A stretch of DNA of 62,665 bases, the filler included. It is 6 parts of 6 records of this genome, joined end to end, with 100 filler letters (N's around TTAATTAATTAA, not from the genome) between each part and the next. Parts side by side here need not be neighbours in the genome. Positions count along the whole stretch, not along the records: positions 7,784 to 17,691 come from SRR31147125_34526; positions 17,792 to 25,163 come from SRR31147125_34549; 4 more parts are not named here. One strand, given 5' to 3'. The first letter of the stretch is position 1; each line of letters opens with the position of its first letter. The translations under genes were made by a program, and so were the position numbers. The notes under the pieces were generated by a model. That model saw nothing but the letters and a program-made list of their open reading frames with translations. It was not told where the DNA came from and ran no database searches. Below, piece by piece: positions 9,843-20,900 of this stretch.

Positions 9843-12212
9843 TTATCTTGGTTCCGCATCTTTGCAACATCTGAATCCAATATTTCTGGCCGGGTCCTTT
9901 GTGTCGTCTTCAAGTTTGTCGAGACATTCAGAGCCATCGCTTGATGATTGGCTTTTGCCTGCCATTGCGGAATAGGAATTTCCTGTTAGTAACTTCACAA
10001 ATTCATATGCGTTTCCGCTCAGATCGAATACGCCGGTTTTTGTTGCGCAGTTGTTAAATTGTCCGGTGGGAACCAATTCATCGGTCGTAACAATTTGAGA
10101 ATCATTGCAAGCTTCAGGCGAATATGTATCTCCGTATGGGTAGTCAAATTTATCTTCACCCTGACACACAGCTTTCCAGTCAATTGCTTTGCATAGCTTT
10201 TTACCGGAGCGTCCACATGCAGTTTCTGCATCTTCGGCAGAAATATTTGTCCACGGTATTTTTCCGGGCAAGCTTTCTGCAGCATCATTTTGAGATAATG
10301 CGCAATTGGATTGAGTGCTTGTAGAACTGTTGCAAGATGCTTCATATCTGTCAACACACATTAATCTGCTATCTATTCCAACCATTCCGTTTGGGCATTT
10401 ACTAATTCTGCAATATCCACGCTCGATTACAGTCGCAAATCCGCCCTTGTTGTCTTTGTACATGCTATGTTCATCATTGAATCCGAAATAGAAATCCTGC
10501 TTTCTCGATGAATACAAAGCCTGTTTTCCGGGAACAGCGAATGGAACACCAATCGCTCCAAATTTTCCAAGAAGGCAATATTTGTCAGCATCCGTTTTTT
10601 GACAATTATCACAATTCTTTCCTGAAACGCCCTCGGCTGTTGTGCATCCTAATTCTGATCCGGCATAAGCACAACCTCCGGGATAAAGATAGACTGTTTC
10701 GCCAGCATACATTTCAACTTTTTTATCTTCGGTGCCCCAAACATCTTTTGCATCATGGGTGACAACAGTTCTTTCGCACATTTCTTTGCAATAAGTTGAA
10801 TCTTTTTCTACTTGTCCAAGAGGGCACAAATCAGCATTATCGTAAAAGAATTCCACAGCTTCATCCGAGATTGCTTTTTCGGCAAAATACAGGTTGTCCA
10901 ATTTTCCACTGAAAATTCCTGTAAACAATTCGTCCTTATCAAGACCTGCTCCGATATAAACAGGACTGTCATTTGAATCAAGGTCCTCTTTTGGAACAGA
11001 CACCGGATCTCCAATAATTTTGCCGTTAATGTAAAGCCGCATGTTTTCGCCGTCATATGTTGCGACGATATTGTGCCAAGCGTCATATGATAACTTTGTC
11101 CCGGTTAATACTCTTTGTTTTTCCTGAGTAGAAATCCTGAAAACAACTTTCAAGTCTTCTATGCTAAGCTTGAAACTTGCCGGATCGCCTTTTTGAATGA
11201 TAGTAGAGTTTGTATTGGTATCATTATTAATCCAAATTGTGACTGCAAGTGTGATTTCTTCTGTAAAATCAATAGCTTCCGCAGGCAAGCTCATCATTGC
11301 GCTTACACCGTCGAACTCCACAATTCCTGCCTTTACATCATCGATAGCGAATTTGGCAGAACCGATATTGATAGGGTAGTTACATTTTCTGTCAGGAGAT
11401 GCTATTTCAGAATGCACATCGAAATTGTACAATCTGGTTTGAATTGAATCGCTGCATGCCATGTTTACACATGCGCCATTATGGCAAACTGTTGGACTTT
11501 GGCAGGGTCTGTCAGAATATAGCGTGCCGCTTTCGTTGCATTCCCGAACCGAGTTTTCAACGCAAACTGTGCTATACGGATCGCATACTGGTTCGCCACA
11601 AGTACCTGTCAATTGACTGCAAACAGTTCCCGATGGGCAAAGTTTTTGAGTGTATGAACTTCCCTGTTCATTACAGAGTTTGGAGATTGAATCAGTTCCA
11701 TCCTTGCATTCGCTGCATCCGGGAATGCAAAGCTTTCCATCTGGCCCAGGCTCACAATTGGCAATTTCTATTTCCGATTCGTTAGATTCGACTTCTTGCT
11801 CGATTTCGGTATTTTGATCGCCGTCTTCCTGAACTTTTTGACATCGACCATTTACGCAAACTTGGTCGTGTTTGCAATCACAACCGACTTTGCACACGTT
11901 GTAGTCCATATCGCAATATGCATCTGCACCACTTGAAAGACAATCGTTATCCAATGTGCATTGAACACAGATTCCACGTATAGTATCGCATTTTGAATCT
12001 GTGCAATCATTATCTGATGCGCATTTTTCCACACACCTTCCATCGGGTGTACAAAACAACCCTGGATCACACTGTGCATTATTATTGCATTCTCTTACGC
12101 CATCGCCTCCATTATTATTGGAAACGCCTGTTTGTGAATCTCCGCAATATGTAAAACTTACTGAAATCACTAACAAAAACAGCAAACAGATTGAATTTTC
12201 TACCTTATTCAT
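9843..12212 (-). CDS. Cys-rich surface (lipo)protein with LamG and FGE-sulfatase/SUMF1-like domains
   Basis: Signal peptide, Cys-rich repeats, WHNIVATYDG...LYING (LamG), and DRYEAS..GKKLC..DLSGNAYEF..IGFRCC (SUMF1-like). Confidence 0.75.
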   Translation of the reverse strand: MNKVENSICLLFLLVISVSFTYCGDSQTGVSNNNGGDGVRECNNNAQCDPGLFCTPDGRCVEKCASDNDCTDSKCDTIRGICVQCTLDNDCLSSGADAYCDMDYNVCKVGCDCKHDQVCVNGRCQKVQEDGDQNTEIEQEVESNESEIEIANCEPGPDGKLCIPGCSECKDGTDSISKLCNEQGSSYTQKLCPSGTVCSQLTGTCGEPVCDPYSTVCVENSVRECNESGTLYSDRPCQSPTVCHNGACVNMACSDSIQTRLYNFDVHSEIASPDRKCNYPINIGSAKFAIDDVKAGIVEFDGVSAMMSLPAEAIDFTEEITLAVTIWINNDTNTNSTIIQKGDPASFKLSIEDLKVVFRISTQEKQRVLTGTKLSYDAWHNIVATYDGENMRLYINGKIIGDPVSVPKEDLDSNDSPVYIGAGLDKDELFTGIFSGKLDNLYFAEKAISDEAVEFFYDNADLCPLGQVEKDSTYCKEMCERTVVTHDAKDVWGTEDKKVEMYAGETVYLYPGGCAYAGSELGCTTAEGVSGKNCDNCQKTDADKYCLLGKFGAIGVPFAVPGKQALYSSRKQDFYFGFNDEHSMYKDNKGGFATVIERGYCRISKCPNGMVGIDSRLMCVDRYEASCNSSTSTQSNCALSQNDAAESLPGKIPWTNISAEDAETACGRSGKKLCKAIDWKAVCQGEDKFDYPYGDTYSPEACNDSQIVTTDELVPTGQFNNCATKTGVFDLSGNAYEFVKLLTGNSYSAMAGKSQSSSDGSECLDKLEDDTKDPARNIGFRCCKDAEPR

Positions 12213-12347
12213 TTCAACTCCGGAAAAATAATATAATAAGCTAAAAATTTGGACGAGCTTTTATTATTCTAATACAAGTTACCGATTATGCAAACAATAC
12301 ATATATATTATTTCAGTTAAATACTCTTTTTTTTAATCCACAACGAA

Positions 12348-12382
12348 AAGAGGCTATCCTGAAATAAACAGAATAGCCTCTT
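12348..12382 (-). terminator. Intrinsic terminator
   Basis: AAGAGGCTAT...ATAGCCTCTT hairpin 20 bp after the stop at 12402. Confidence 0.7.
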
Positions 12383-12401
12383 GGTTTGAATTAGTGTTAG
12401 A

Positions 12402-15389
12402 TTATTGGGAAATCAACGGGTCTACTACCATGTTTCCACTGCCTTCAATCGCATAATAGAATTTATCGGCAGAAAGATTCGTGTATGTTTCTTCGTTTCC
12501 ATTTGGCCAACGCACTTTAATGGAATCGATGGTTGTTGCGTCATTAAGACCAAAATGCTGAGTAAGAGATGGCTGCATATTGAAATGACCTTTACCACCT
12601 TTTACTTCTCTGATTTGACTTACATTGCCAGTAACGACTGTTATTCTTGCTCCGATTGCGGATCTGTTGGAAGCTACACCGCGACTGCTGTCAGCCTTCA
12701 TTCCACCTTCAAGTCGGATTTGTACCCAATGTTTTTTGTTGCCTAAGTCATTTTTAAACAAATGAAGATGAGCACCTGATCCTCGTCTTGCTGCCAACAA
12801 GTCCAAATCACCATCGTGATCGAAATCAAACCAGTTGCTTCCTACTGCATCGTGGATATCCAAACCGGCTTTGTATGTGATGTCTTCAAAAGTTCCGTCT
12901 CCATTATTGCGATACAGGCGACCGTAGTGGAGAGAATATAGAGAAGAAATGTAGATATCCAAAAATCCATCATTATCGAAGTCGATCCATGTTGGATCTA
13001 TTTCACCTTCATCATAGTAAAATCCGGCGGCTTGTGTTTCATCTGCAAACTTGAATTCGTTTGCGCTTCCTTCGTTTTTCAATAGTCTTGAAGGATCACT
13101 CCAAGGTTGATATCTTGGATGTGCGATTTCGGCTAGATATGCATCCATTGTTCCATCATTATTGTAATCTCCGCAATCGATACCGAAAGTATTTCCGCCA
13201 TTATATCCAATGCTGTCTCTTGAAAGTCCTGTTGTGAACCCTACATCGGTGAAGTTTACACCAGCGTTGTTTTTCCAGAGGAAATTGCTGTCATAACCAT
13301 AATTAGCAACCAAAATATCCATCCAGCCATCATTATTCCAGTCGCACCATGTTACCCCATAAGTTGCTCTTCCTGGTACCAGACTGTTGGTTGTACTGAA
13401 GTCGTCTCCTGTCAGCTCTGTGAAAGTTCCATCGCCTTTGCCTTTAAAGAACTTATCTGGCATAGAAGCCGGTTGAGGGTATTTTTCGAGCCAGTTTCCA
13501 ACATAGAGATCCAAATATCCGTCACGGTTATAATCTGCGAATCCGGCAGCAGAAGTGGTAGATTCTTCGGCAACACCAGCATTCGGCAATACTGCGAAGT
13601 GTCCACTACCATCATTCATGAAGATTACATCTTTTTCTTCTTGTTTAGTCTCATCATCCTGATTTGTATAAACACCACCATACAAATCGACGTGACCATC
13701 GTTATTCAAATCTGCGATTGCTGCCAAAACTGTGTAATAACCTTTAAGTCCTGATTCTTCTGTATAATCGTAGAATCCATCTTTGCCATTGTGCATAAGA
13801 ATTCGGATTCCGTTTAGCTGATTGGTCGTTGTATGAAGAATTAGATCCTGCCAACCGTCATTGTTTAAATCGGCTACTGCAAGTCTGCTTTCTTTGTATT
13901 CTCCGAGTGGTTTCGTTGGAAGGATGGGGTTATCTGCATCAAGCTCAAATTCCAGCTCGCTATCATTTTCAGGAATGATCTCGAAATCTCCATCAAGATT
14001 TTCAATAAGTTCTGCAATTTCTTCAAGTTCAGGAATGTCTGCATTTTCCACATCAAGTTCTGCGATATCAACTTCTACAGCATCTGCATCAACAGATTCA
14101 AGCTCGCTTAAGTCCACATCAATTGTTTCTTCTATTTCAGGGTCAAGCTCTACAGCTTCTTCTTCTAACTCGACAACTTCTTCTTCTAGTTCAATCTCAA
14201 TCTCCTGAACATCTACCTCTGTAGCTAGATCGAGATCTCCATCAGGAACAATTATCGAGAAAATTCTACTTTCTGTTGACTCTTCATCTTCCAGTTCTGT
14301 TTCAACTTCTTCTTCATTGCTTTCCGCTTCTGTTTCATCTCCATCGACAACTTCTTCATATGCAACCATTGTCGAATCGGAAATGTCTGTAAACCATGGC
14401 GTGTCAACTACGCAGAATGGCTCTGCAATAACTTTGACCATGAAAGAATCTTCAGCACCGGCCCAAATAAACGCAGATCCTTGTTTTTTCCATTCTTCAA
14501 TCAGATCATCAGAACGGAACATGCTGTGACCGCCAGCAGTTTTTGTTGCAACACCAAGATATGGTTCAGGAGTGATGTGTCTGTAAACAACCCAGAAATG
14601 ATCTCTGGGGTGAATAAGAATATTGTCTGAAGAGAAATCAATATCAACCCATTTCTTTGCTTGATCTTCTGTAATGGTAATGATTTTTTCTGGAGCCAAT
14701 AGTATGTCGAGATCTGGTCTTGATCTTGCCATATCTCTTGTTATTCTGATGGCAACATCACCAGCTCCAGTAAAGAACATTTTTACAGTTTTTATTCTCA
14801 ATGGGCTTTTAGCGATAAAATGAACTGCTTCATCGTTGTTTTTATTGGCAAAGAAAGCTCCTGCATATGTTCCGTCATCATATTCCAATGTGATTTCAGA
14901 GCCATATGTGGGTGTCGAAGTGCCACACTCATTGTTAAAATCTTCCATTTTCAAAGGTTCAAGAACTGTTTCGTCATATTCGCTACCAAATTCTTTTTCT
15001 TCTTCAGGTTCCAATTCAGCCTGATCGACATCTCCGTCAACCGATGGAGTAGTATCTTTTTCAGTTTCTTTATCCTCTTTATCACCATCTTCAACAGGTT
15101 TAATGGTATCAGGCGCACACTCGCCAAGTTGGTCATCCCATTTCATTCCTGGAGGACAATTTTTATCTTCACCAGCAACACATTCCTGCTTTGTGGCATC
15201 CCAATGCATTCCGGGAGGGCAGGTTTGAGTAGATGATTCGTCACTTGTTTCGCCCATATCACCATCGGCAATGATTGTATCATCATCACTACCACTGGAT
15301 TCACAACCTGCAATCAAAAAGATGGCAATTACTGCCATAAAAACACTTAAAAAAAGAGACTGATTCTTTTTAAACATTTCATTCCCCAT
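12402..15389 (-). CDS. CRTAC1-like lipoprotein (FG-GAP propeller + ASPIC/UnbV) with acidic linkers
   Basis: Lipobox IAGC, multiple DxNNDGxxD motifs, C-terminal SNRSAIGARI..QIREV..QHFGL..VRWPNG. Confidence 0.85.
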   Translation of the reverse strand: MGNEMFKKNQSLFLSVFMAVIAIFLIAGCESSGSDDDTIIADGDMGETSDESSTQTCPPGMHWDATKQECVAGEDKNCPPGMKWDDQLGECAPDTIKPVEDGDKEDKETEKDTTPSVDGDVDQAELEPEEEKEFGSEYDETVLEPLKMEDFNNECGTSTPTYGSEITLEYDDGTYAGAFFANKNNDEAVHFIAKSPLRIKTVKMFFTGAGDVAIRITRDMARSRPDLDILLAPEKIITITEDQAKKWVDIDFSSDNILIHPRDHFWVVYRHITPEPYLGVATKTAGGHSMFRSDDLIEEWKKQGSAFIWAGAEDSFMVKVIAEPFCVVDTPWFTDISDSTMVAYEEVVDGDETEAESNEEEVETELEDEESTESRIFSIIVPDGDLDLATEVDVQEIEIELEEEVVELEEEAVELDPEIEETIDVDLSELESVDADAVEVDIAELDVENADIPELEEIAELIENLDGDFEIIPENDSELEFELDADNPILPTKPLGEYKESRLAVADLNNDGWQDLILHTTTNQLNGIRILMHNGKDGFYDYTEESGLKGYYTVLAAIADLNNDGHVDLYGGVYTNQDDETKQEEKDVIFMNDGSGHFAVLPNAGVAEESTTSAAGFADYNRDGYLDLYVGNWLEKYPQPASMPDKFFKGKGDGTFTELTGDDFSTTNSLVPGRATYGVTWCDWNNDGWMDILVANYGYDSNFLWKNNAGVNFTDVGFTTGLSRDSIGYNGGNTFGIDCGDYNNDGTMDAYLAEIAHPRYQPWSDPSRLLKNEGSANEFKFADETQAAGFYYDEGEIDPTWIDFDNDGFLDIYISSLYSLHYGRLYRNNGDGTFEDITYKAGLDIHDAVGSNWFDFDHDGDLDLLAARRGSGAHLHLFKNDLGNKKHWVQIRLEGGMKADSSRGVASNRSAIGARITVVTGNVSQIREVKGGKGHFNMQPSLTQHFGLNDATTIDSIKVRWPNGNEETYTNLSADKFYYAIEGSGNMVVDPLISQ

Positions 15390-15436
15390 TAATTCAAAAA
15401 TGTACTTATTCCCTATTAAATCCTTGATGCTACAGC

Positions 15437-16357
15437 TTATTCTTCTTCTTCGTTGTCATCATCCTCGTAATATTCTTCATCTGGATATTCATCATCTACA
15501 TCATATGCGTAGTCATCATCCTTTAATGTTCTGATGGCTTTGTTTCCATCAGGAGCTTCGTATATTTCAACTTTTCTTTCTTCGACCAACTCATCTAGCA
15601 TTTGTTTGCGTTCTTCATGGTCCTGCTCAAGTCTATCTGCCTGCCAACGTTTGATAAAGTAATTCATTCCGACATAACCGGACGAAAACGTTTGCATGGC
15701 TTTTTCAAGCTCTTCTATAAATACTTCTTTTTGGTTATTTGGCAATTCGTATATTTCTTCTTCGGAATATACATCAGAGCTTTCACTGGTATTGATAATG
15801 CATTCTATATTGAAGTCATCGATTCCCTGCATAAGATCGATATGATCGAAGGCAGCTTTTCTTATTCTTGATGATAAGCCGGTTTTTCCCCAGGTTGCAA
15901 CATAAACCTGTTTTCCAATCGCTCTAACGCCTTCCACTGCTGGCGCATGATCTGCATCACCTGACAATAAAACCATAATATCAAAAGCGTTAACAGCAGC
16001 CAAGCGAAGCATGTCGGCAACCATCGTCGTATCTATTTCTTTTTCCAGTGTAAATCTGTTTTCTGCGTGGCATTCCTGACAAGTATAAGTTTGAACTTTT
16101 CTGGGAAAACGCTTTACAAAAAAGCCTGGTTGCATTTCAAGCATGTCAAGAAATCCACACAATTTGGTTTGTGCTTCAACTCTGCTTGCACCCATTGTTT
16201 CAACACCGGTGTAATAGTAGGCTCCCCAGAGGTTGCTGCCTCCAGACATTTGAACCAGCCATTTTGACATTTTAGTGAAATCGATGATTTTGTTAGGGGC
16301 GCGATCTTTAAGGCCAGAGTAAAAATTCTTTCCGTCAAAAAATAAAGCAACTCGCAT
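15437..16357 (-). CDS. NYN/LabA (PIN-like) domain protein with C-terminal extension
   Basis: FFDGKNF, EKEIDT and LSGDADHAP motifs; a CQEC insert; acidic tail. Confidence 0.85.
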   Translation of the reverse strand: MRVALFFDGKNFYSGLKDRAPNKIIDFTKMSKWLVQMSGGSNLWGAYYYTGVETMGASRVEAQTKLCGFLDMLEMQPGFFVKRFPRKVQTYTCQECHAENRFTLEKEIDTTMVADMLRLAAVNAFDIMVLLSGDADHAPAVEGVRAIGKQVYVATWGKTGLSSRIRKAAFDHIDLMQGIDDFNIECIINTSESSDVYSEEEIYELPNNQKEVFIEELEKAMQTFSSGYVGMNYFIKRWQADRLEQDHEERKQMLDELVEERKVEIYEAPDGNKAIRTLKDDDYAYDVDDEYPDEEYYEDDDNEEEE

Positions 16358-16513
16358 TGGCAAACTCCCGAAGGAAAATAAAAAAATAAAATAGCTGAAA
16401 AAGATATTAGCACCAAACTCAAACTATTGATCTATAAATAATGGCTCTTACTTTAGTAACATAAATTTTAGTTAGTGAACATATAAAAAGGTAAGATTTA
16501 GCAAAAATGCGGG

Positions 16514-17691
16514 CTATTTAAGGAAAAGAAACTTCTGGAAAACAAGTATTGTGTTGTCCAGTTTTAAGATGACAACTGCGCCGGAAAGGCTAAAATAATG
16601 AATTGTAGTTATAAATCCAGCTGCATATGAAAATCTAGGATGAGCCACCATAAAATCACTAACTGGCTTCAAAGCAGGGAAGAAATTGTCTTTTTGGGCA
16701 ACTTTGTCCCAAAAGATTCTCCATGCTCGCCAAATAGCCAACCCGATTCCCTGTGCAACGCCCCAAATAATATAATGCGAACATATGCAATGCCATGCTC
16801 CACAAATGAAAAATGTGATCGTGACATTTCTTAGGGCGTTTCGCCTGCCACCGCCAAGTGGTCTATATACATAATCTCGCAGCCAGAAAGAGAGTGAAAT
16901 ATGCCATCTTCTCCACAACTCACCTATATTATCGGCTATTAGAGGCATATAGAAGTTTTCCATTAGTTTGAAACCAAACAATCTGGAAACGCCGATTGCG
17001 ATATCGGTATATCCTCCAAAATGTATGTAAACTTCAATTACCGTCAAAAACATCATGACATACAAAAAAGTCCATGATAATTCGGCTATTTGAGGTACAT
17101 ATTCGAGCCGATACGGGTAGATAACACCCATGTAAATAGCTGATTTTATAACGCCAACTGCTATTCGGAATAAGCCGTACAAAATATCGAATCTGGTGAC
17201 TCCATCTCTTGTGGATTGCTTGATGTCACGATCAAAATTCTGGAATCTCTCAATAGGTCCCAATCGCAAAATCGGGAAAAAGATCATGAAAAGGCTTAGA
17301 TGAGAAAGCTTTGCATCTTTAATTTTACCTTCAAAGCTATCAACAATATAGTGGATAACCTTTGGTAGCATAAAAGCCACACCAGCCCAGTGTAAAATCG
17401 GGAGTGTAAAAGTGCGATTAATTAAAGGAACTACCGGTTCCCAATCAATTGTTTCCCGGAATAGCAAAAAACCATAGAAAACCATTACAAAGGAAACAAG
17501 GTTTCGCGTTGCTTTTCGTTTAAACGCCGGATCTTCAAGCGATCTTTGCTGATATTTCTTAACCAGTAGGTGAATTAATATCGGGAAAACAAACAGGCAC
17601 GCTGTAAAAAACACCGTAAAGTATTGATACCATTACCAAACTTGTTGCGGTAAGGTAAAAAATACGATGTTTTTTGGGGACAAAATAAAAA
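16514..17691 (-). CDS. MBOAT family O-acyltransferase (AlgI/DltB-like), 5' truncated
   Basis: GPIERF, FGGYTDIAIG, ENF, WRRWHISLSFWLRDYVY and GAWH motifs. Confidence 0.9.
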
Positions 17692-17791
17692 NNNNNNNNN
17701 NNNNNNNNNNNNNNNNNNNNNNNNNNNNNNNNNNNTTAATTAATTAANNNNNNNNNNNNNNNNNNNNNNNNNNNNNNNNNNNNNNNNNNNN
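17692..17791. other. Synthetic contig linker
   Basis: N44-TTAATTAATTAA-N44. Confidence 0.98.
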
Positions 17792-17964
17792 AAAGAATCC
17801 GAGTGTTTGAAATTAGTTTGTCTATAGCCGACCAGCAGTCCCGATTCAAGCCCTGATTCCCTCTGGTCCCCTGCTGAGCGCCAGGCCAATTTGGCAGCAC
17901 CGCCTTCTCTATCATGTGTATTGATGTGAATGATGTTCAGGGGGCTTTGGGTTGTGTATTCATA

Positions 17965-20900
17965 TTATGCCCGTTTACGTTGGTTTAACCATTTTTCTAT
18001 CCGATGGTCTCGGTTGTCGATACTTTGAGCCTCCATTTCGGACAATTGGTTACCAGCCATCCATTTCTTGAACGATTCACCGCTCCAGTTTCTCACCAGC
18101 AACCTTGGAATCGTAAAGGGATGATCATCGGGGCCGATCATCCTCTGTATATTTGAGACAGCTGCATAAAAGCCTGCCGATTCAACATGTTTAACTGATG
18201 TCTCGTTAAAATCGCCTTTCGCCCCGAATGGATAGGAAAAAAGCCGAACCGGCCTCCCTGTCATTGCTTCGATCCTATATTTGGAGAAGGCGATCTCCTC
18301 TTTTTGTTCCGGATCTGAAAGTGATGACAGACGCGGGTGCGTCATTGTGTGCGCCCCAATTTCGATGTAAGGGGAATTGGATAGCTGTTTCAATTGTTCC
18401 GATGTCAAAATTGATGGACGTACCTTCGACACCTGGTCGCCGGAAGCCCATTGAAGAATTTCATCGATTACTTGATATATGGTTTCAGTAGGATACTGTT
18501 TTAATATCTTGCACAGCTTATCGTAAGTGCGTGATCTGAGCCGAGCTGTCATGGTAGACCAAGTACCTTGGATACCCTTCACAGATAGTTCCAAGACGTC
18601 CGGTAGTTTGTCGCGTGTCAGCAACACGCGGCCAAGCGCATCCCACCAAAATTCCCGCTGGGTATCTATAAAACCAGTAGTCACAAAAACAGTGGCATGA
18701 ATATTTCTTTCTTCGAGCAGTGGCCGTGCAAAAAGCAAATTGTCGACATACCCATCATCAAATGTGATGGAAATTGTGTCTGGCGACAACCGGCCTGATT
18801 TTAAAGACTCCGCCATTTCGAATAGCGGTATGACACGATAACGCTCTGATAATATCCTTAGATGTTCCTTGAAGTGGGAGGGAGATACAGCTAACAGCTG
18901 TGGATCAAGGGGATCATCGTATATGCGATGATATAGCAGTACGCGTGGGGGCATGGAATGGATCGATCGTTTTACGACGGTACCTCTTGTTTGTTCACCC
19001 TGTCCTGCCTCTGAGGGTTTTTGGATCTCTATTGTATGAAGAATTGCGCATTCCGGTTCAACAGGATGCATATCCTCAGGCACAATATCGTTAATGGCAA
19101 GGCCGTCCAGGAACGCCTTTGCCAACTTGCGATTGCCGAAAGATTGAATATGGCACTCGCTATCCGGCAAAACTGTTTTGATCAACTCTTGAAGCGTATT
19201 GCGACTAAACCGCCAGTAATCCCCCCATCGGTCCATGTCATAACGCGACACCTGACTGATACCCGGTACGGATAACAATATAACGCCACCCGGTTTCAAC
19301 GCACTAAAAGAGTTATTGAGTGTTGATTTGACGTCATATACGACGTTAAGCGTCTGGGTCAGAATGATACAATCGAATTCGTTCTGAGGAATATTTTTAC
19401 CGGTTGCCAGATCGCCGACAATCGTTGCATCTCGAGAAGATTCGACATTAAGCACGTCGGATTGATGAACATCTCTGCCAAACCTCTTGGTATAGGCATT
19501 ATCTGCGATCTCCAGAACACGGCCTCTGATCACCTCTCCGCGCATTTTCAGAAAGCGTTCGATAAAAACCCTATCGATCGGTGTGCCACGATCAAAGCCG
19601 AATTTTCTGCTTACCGGATCTTTGGCCACAAATGAATCGTATTGCCTCGCCGCCCTTGAGTTCTCGCAGGGTTTGGCTGTGAGATTTTGACCCTCCTCGT
19701 CGAATCGTTTTTCCCAGGTCCCAACATCAAGTTTTTTGGACACGACTTTCGCGCCGACTATGATTTGATAATCAGGGTCCGAGTATCTCAGCAGATCTAT
19801 TGGCAGCGACTCTGCGGGTCGCCTGTCGATTTGGGCTTTCGCAGCACCTACATTTCCAAAAGTGACGGTGTTGTAATCATATTCAGGCAGTGCGTCTCGC
19901 AAAATATTTCCTAACGCCAGGTCCGTCAGCATCAAATGGTGATTCTGAAGGGGGTTACAAACGCCAGGGGTCATAAGAAGCAAGCAACCCTCACGGCCCG
20001 TCAGTTCCACGACTCGCTGCAACAGCGTCCAACACAACTTATGATTGGCCGGCAGGCCGAATATGAGGATACAATCATATGGGTGCACGCCCCGTCCACG
20101 GTTGATGGATTTCTGTTGAACGATTTCATCCGCGTCCAACTGATCGATGGTTGTGCTGTAGTTACCGATCTCCCGACGCGTCTCCTCAGCTATTTCACTG
20201 CCGATGATCAGAACACGTCCAGACACATCTCGTTGATATCGCCGAAGGAAGTCATTCTCATAGAAATTGAAAATCGTCGTCCTTCTCTCTGGAAATACCT
20301 CCTGAATAGAAGTATTTTTAGCCTTTGGCTTTGCTGCATTATTCCTTTTGTTTTCATCCCTGGCGGTGGATTTGACGGTTCTCATTTGTTTGGCATAGAC
20401 GAGCAGGAAAAAGCGGGTCTCTTTTGACAATTTAAAGGGCGGCTTGCTCGCCGGATTGGTCACATGATCGAAGTCGCTTATTAAGTATCGAAAGCCGCCT
20501 CTATCCAGGATGGACAGGATATGATGCAATTGTTGGCCGGTTTCCGGAAAACCATGGTACTCGAATACCAGTTGCCGCACATATTTCAATTGCGATTCGA
20601 CATCTTTTAACACCGCATGTTCGGCCCCTTCGATATTCAATTTCAAAAGCTCAACCGGTTCGGAAAGATACGCTGCAAGTCTCACCACTGGAATGGTACA
20701 ATTCATACTATCTGAGAACATGGAACCGCCATCGGAACCGTCTGAGCTAAAAGAGATCTGTCCTTCACGGTCCAAAAGTCCGGCGTTTATCACCTCCACA
20801 TCGTCTAATCCATTTGTTTCCAGGTTTTTGTTTAGCAATATGAGCGATTCTGAATCAGGTTCAAAAATCGTGATGCGTGCCTTTGGATATCTTTGCTTCA

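Noticed and set aside
9843-10400. SUMF1/C-type-lectin C-terminus as a diversity-generating retroelement target
   Set aside because: No reverse transcriptase or template repeat was seen in the contig.
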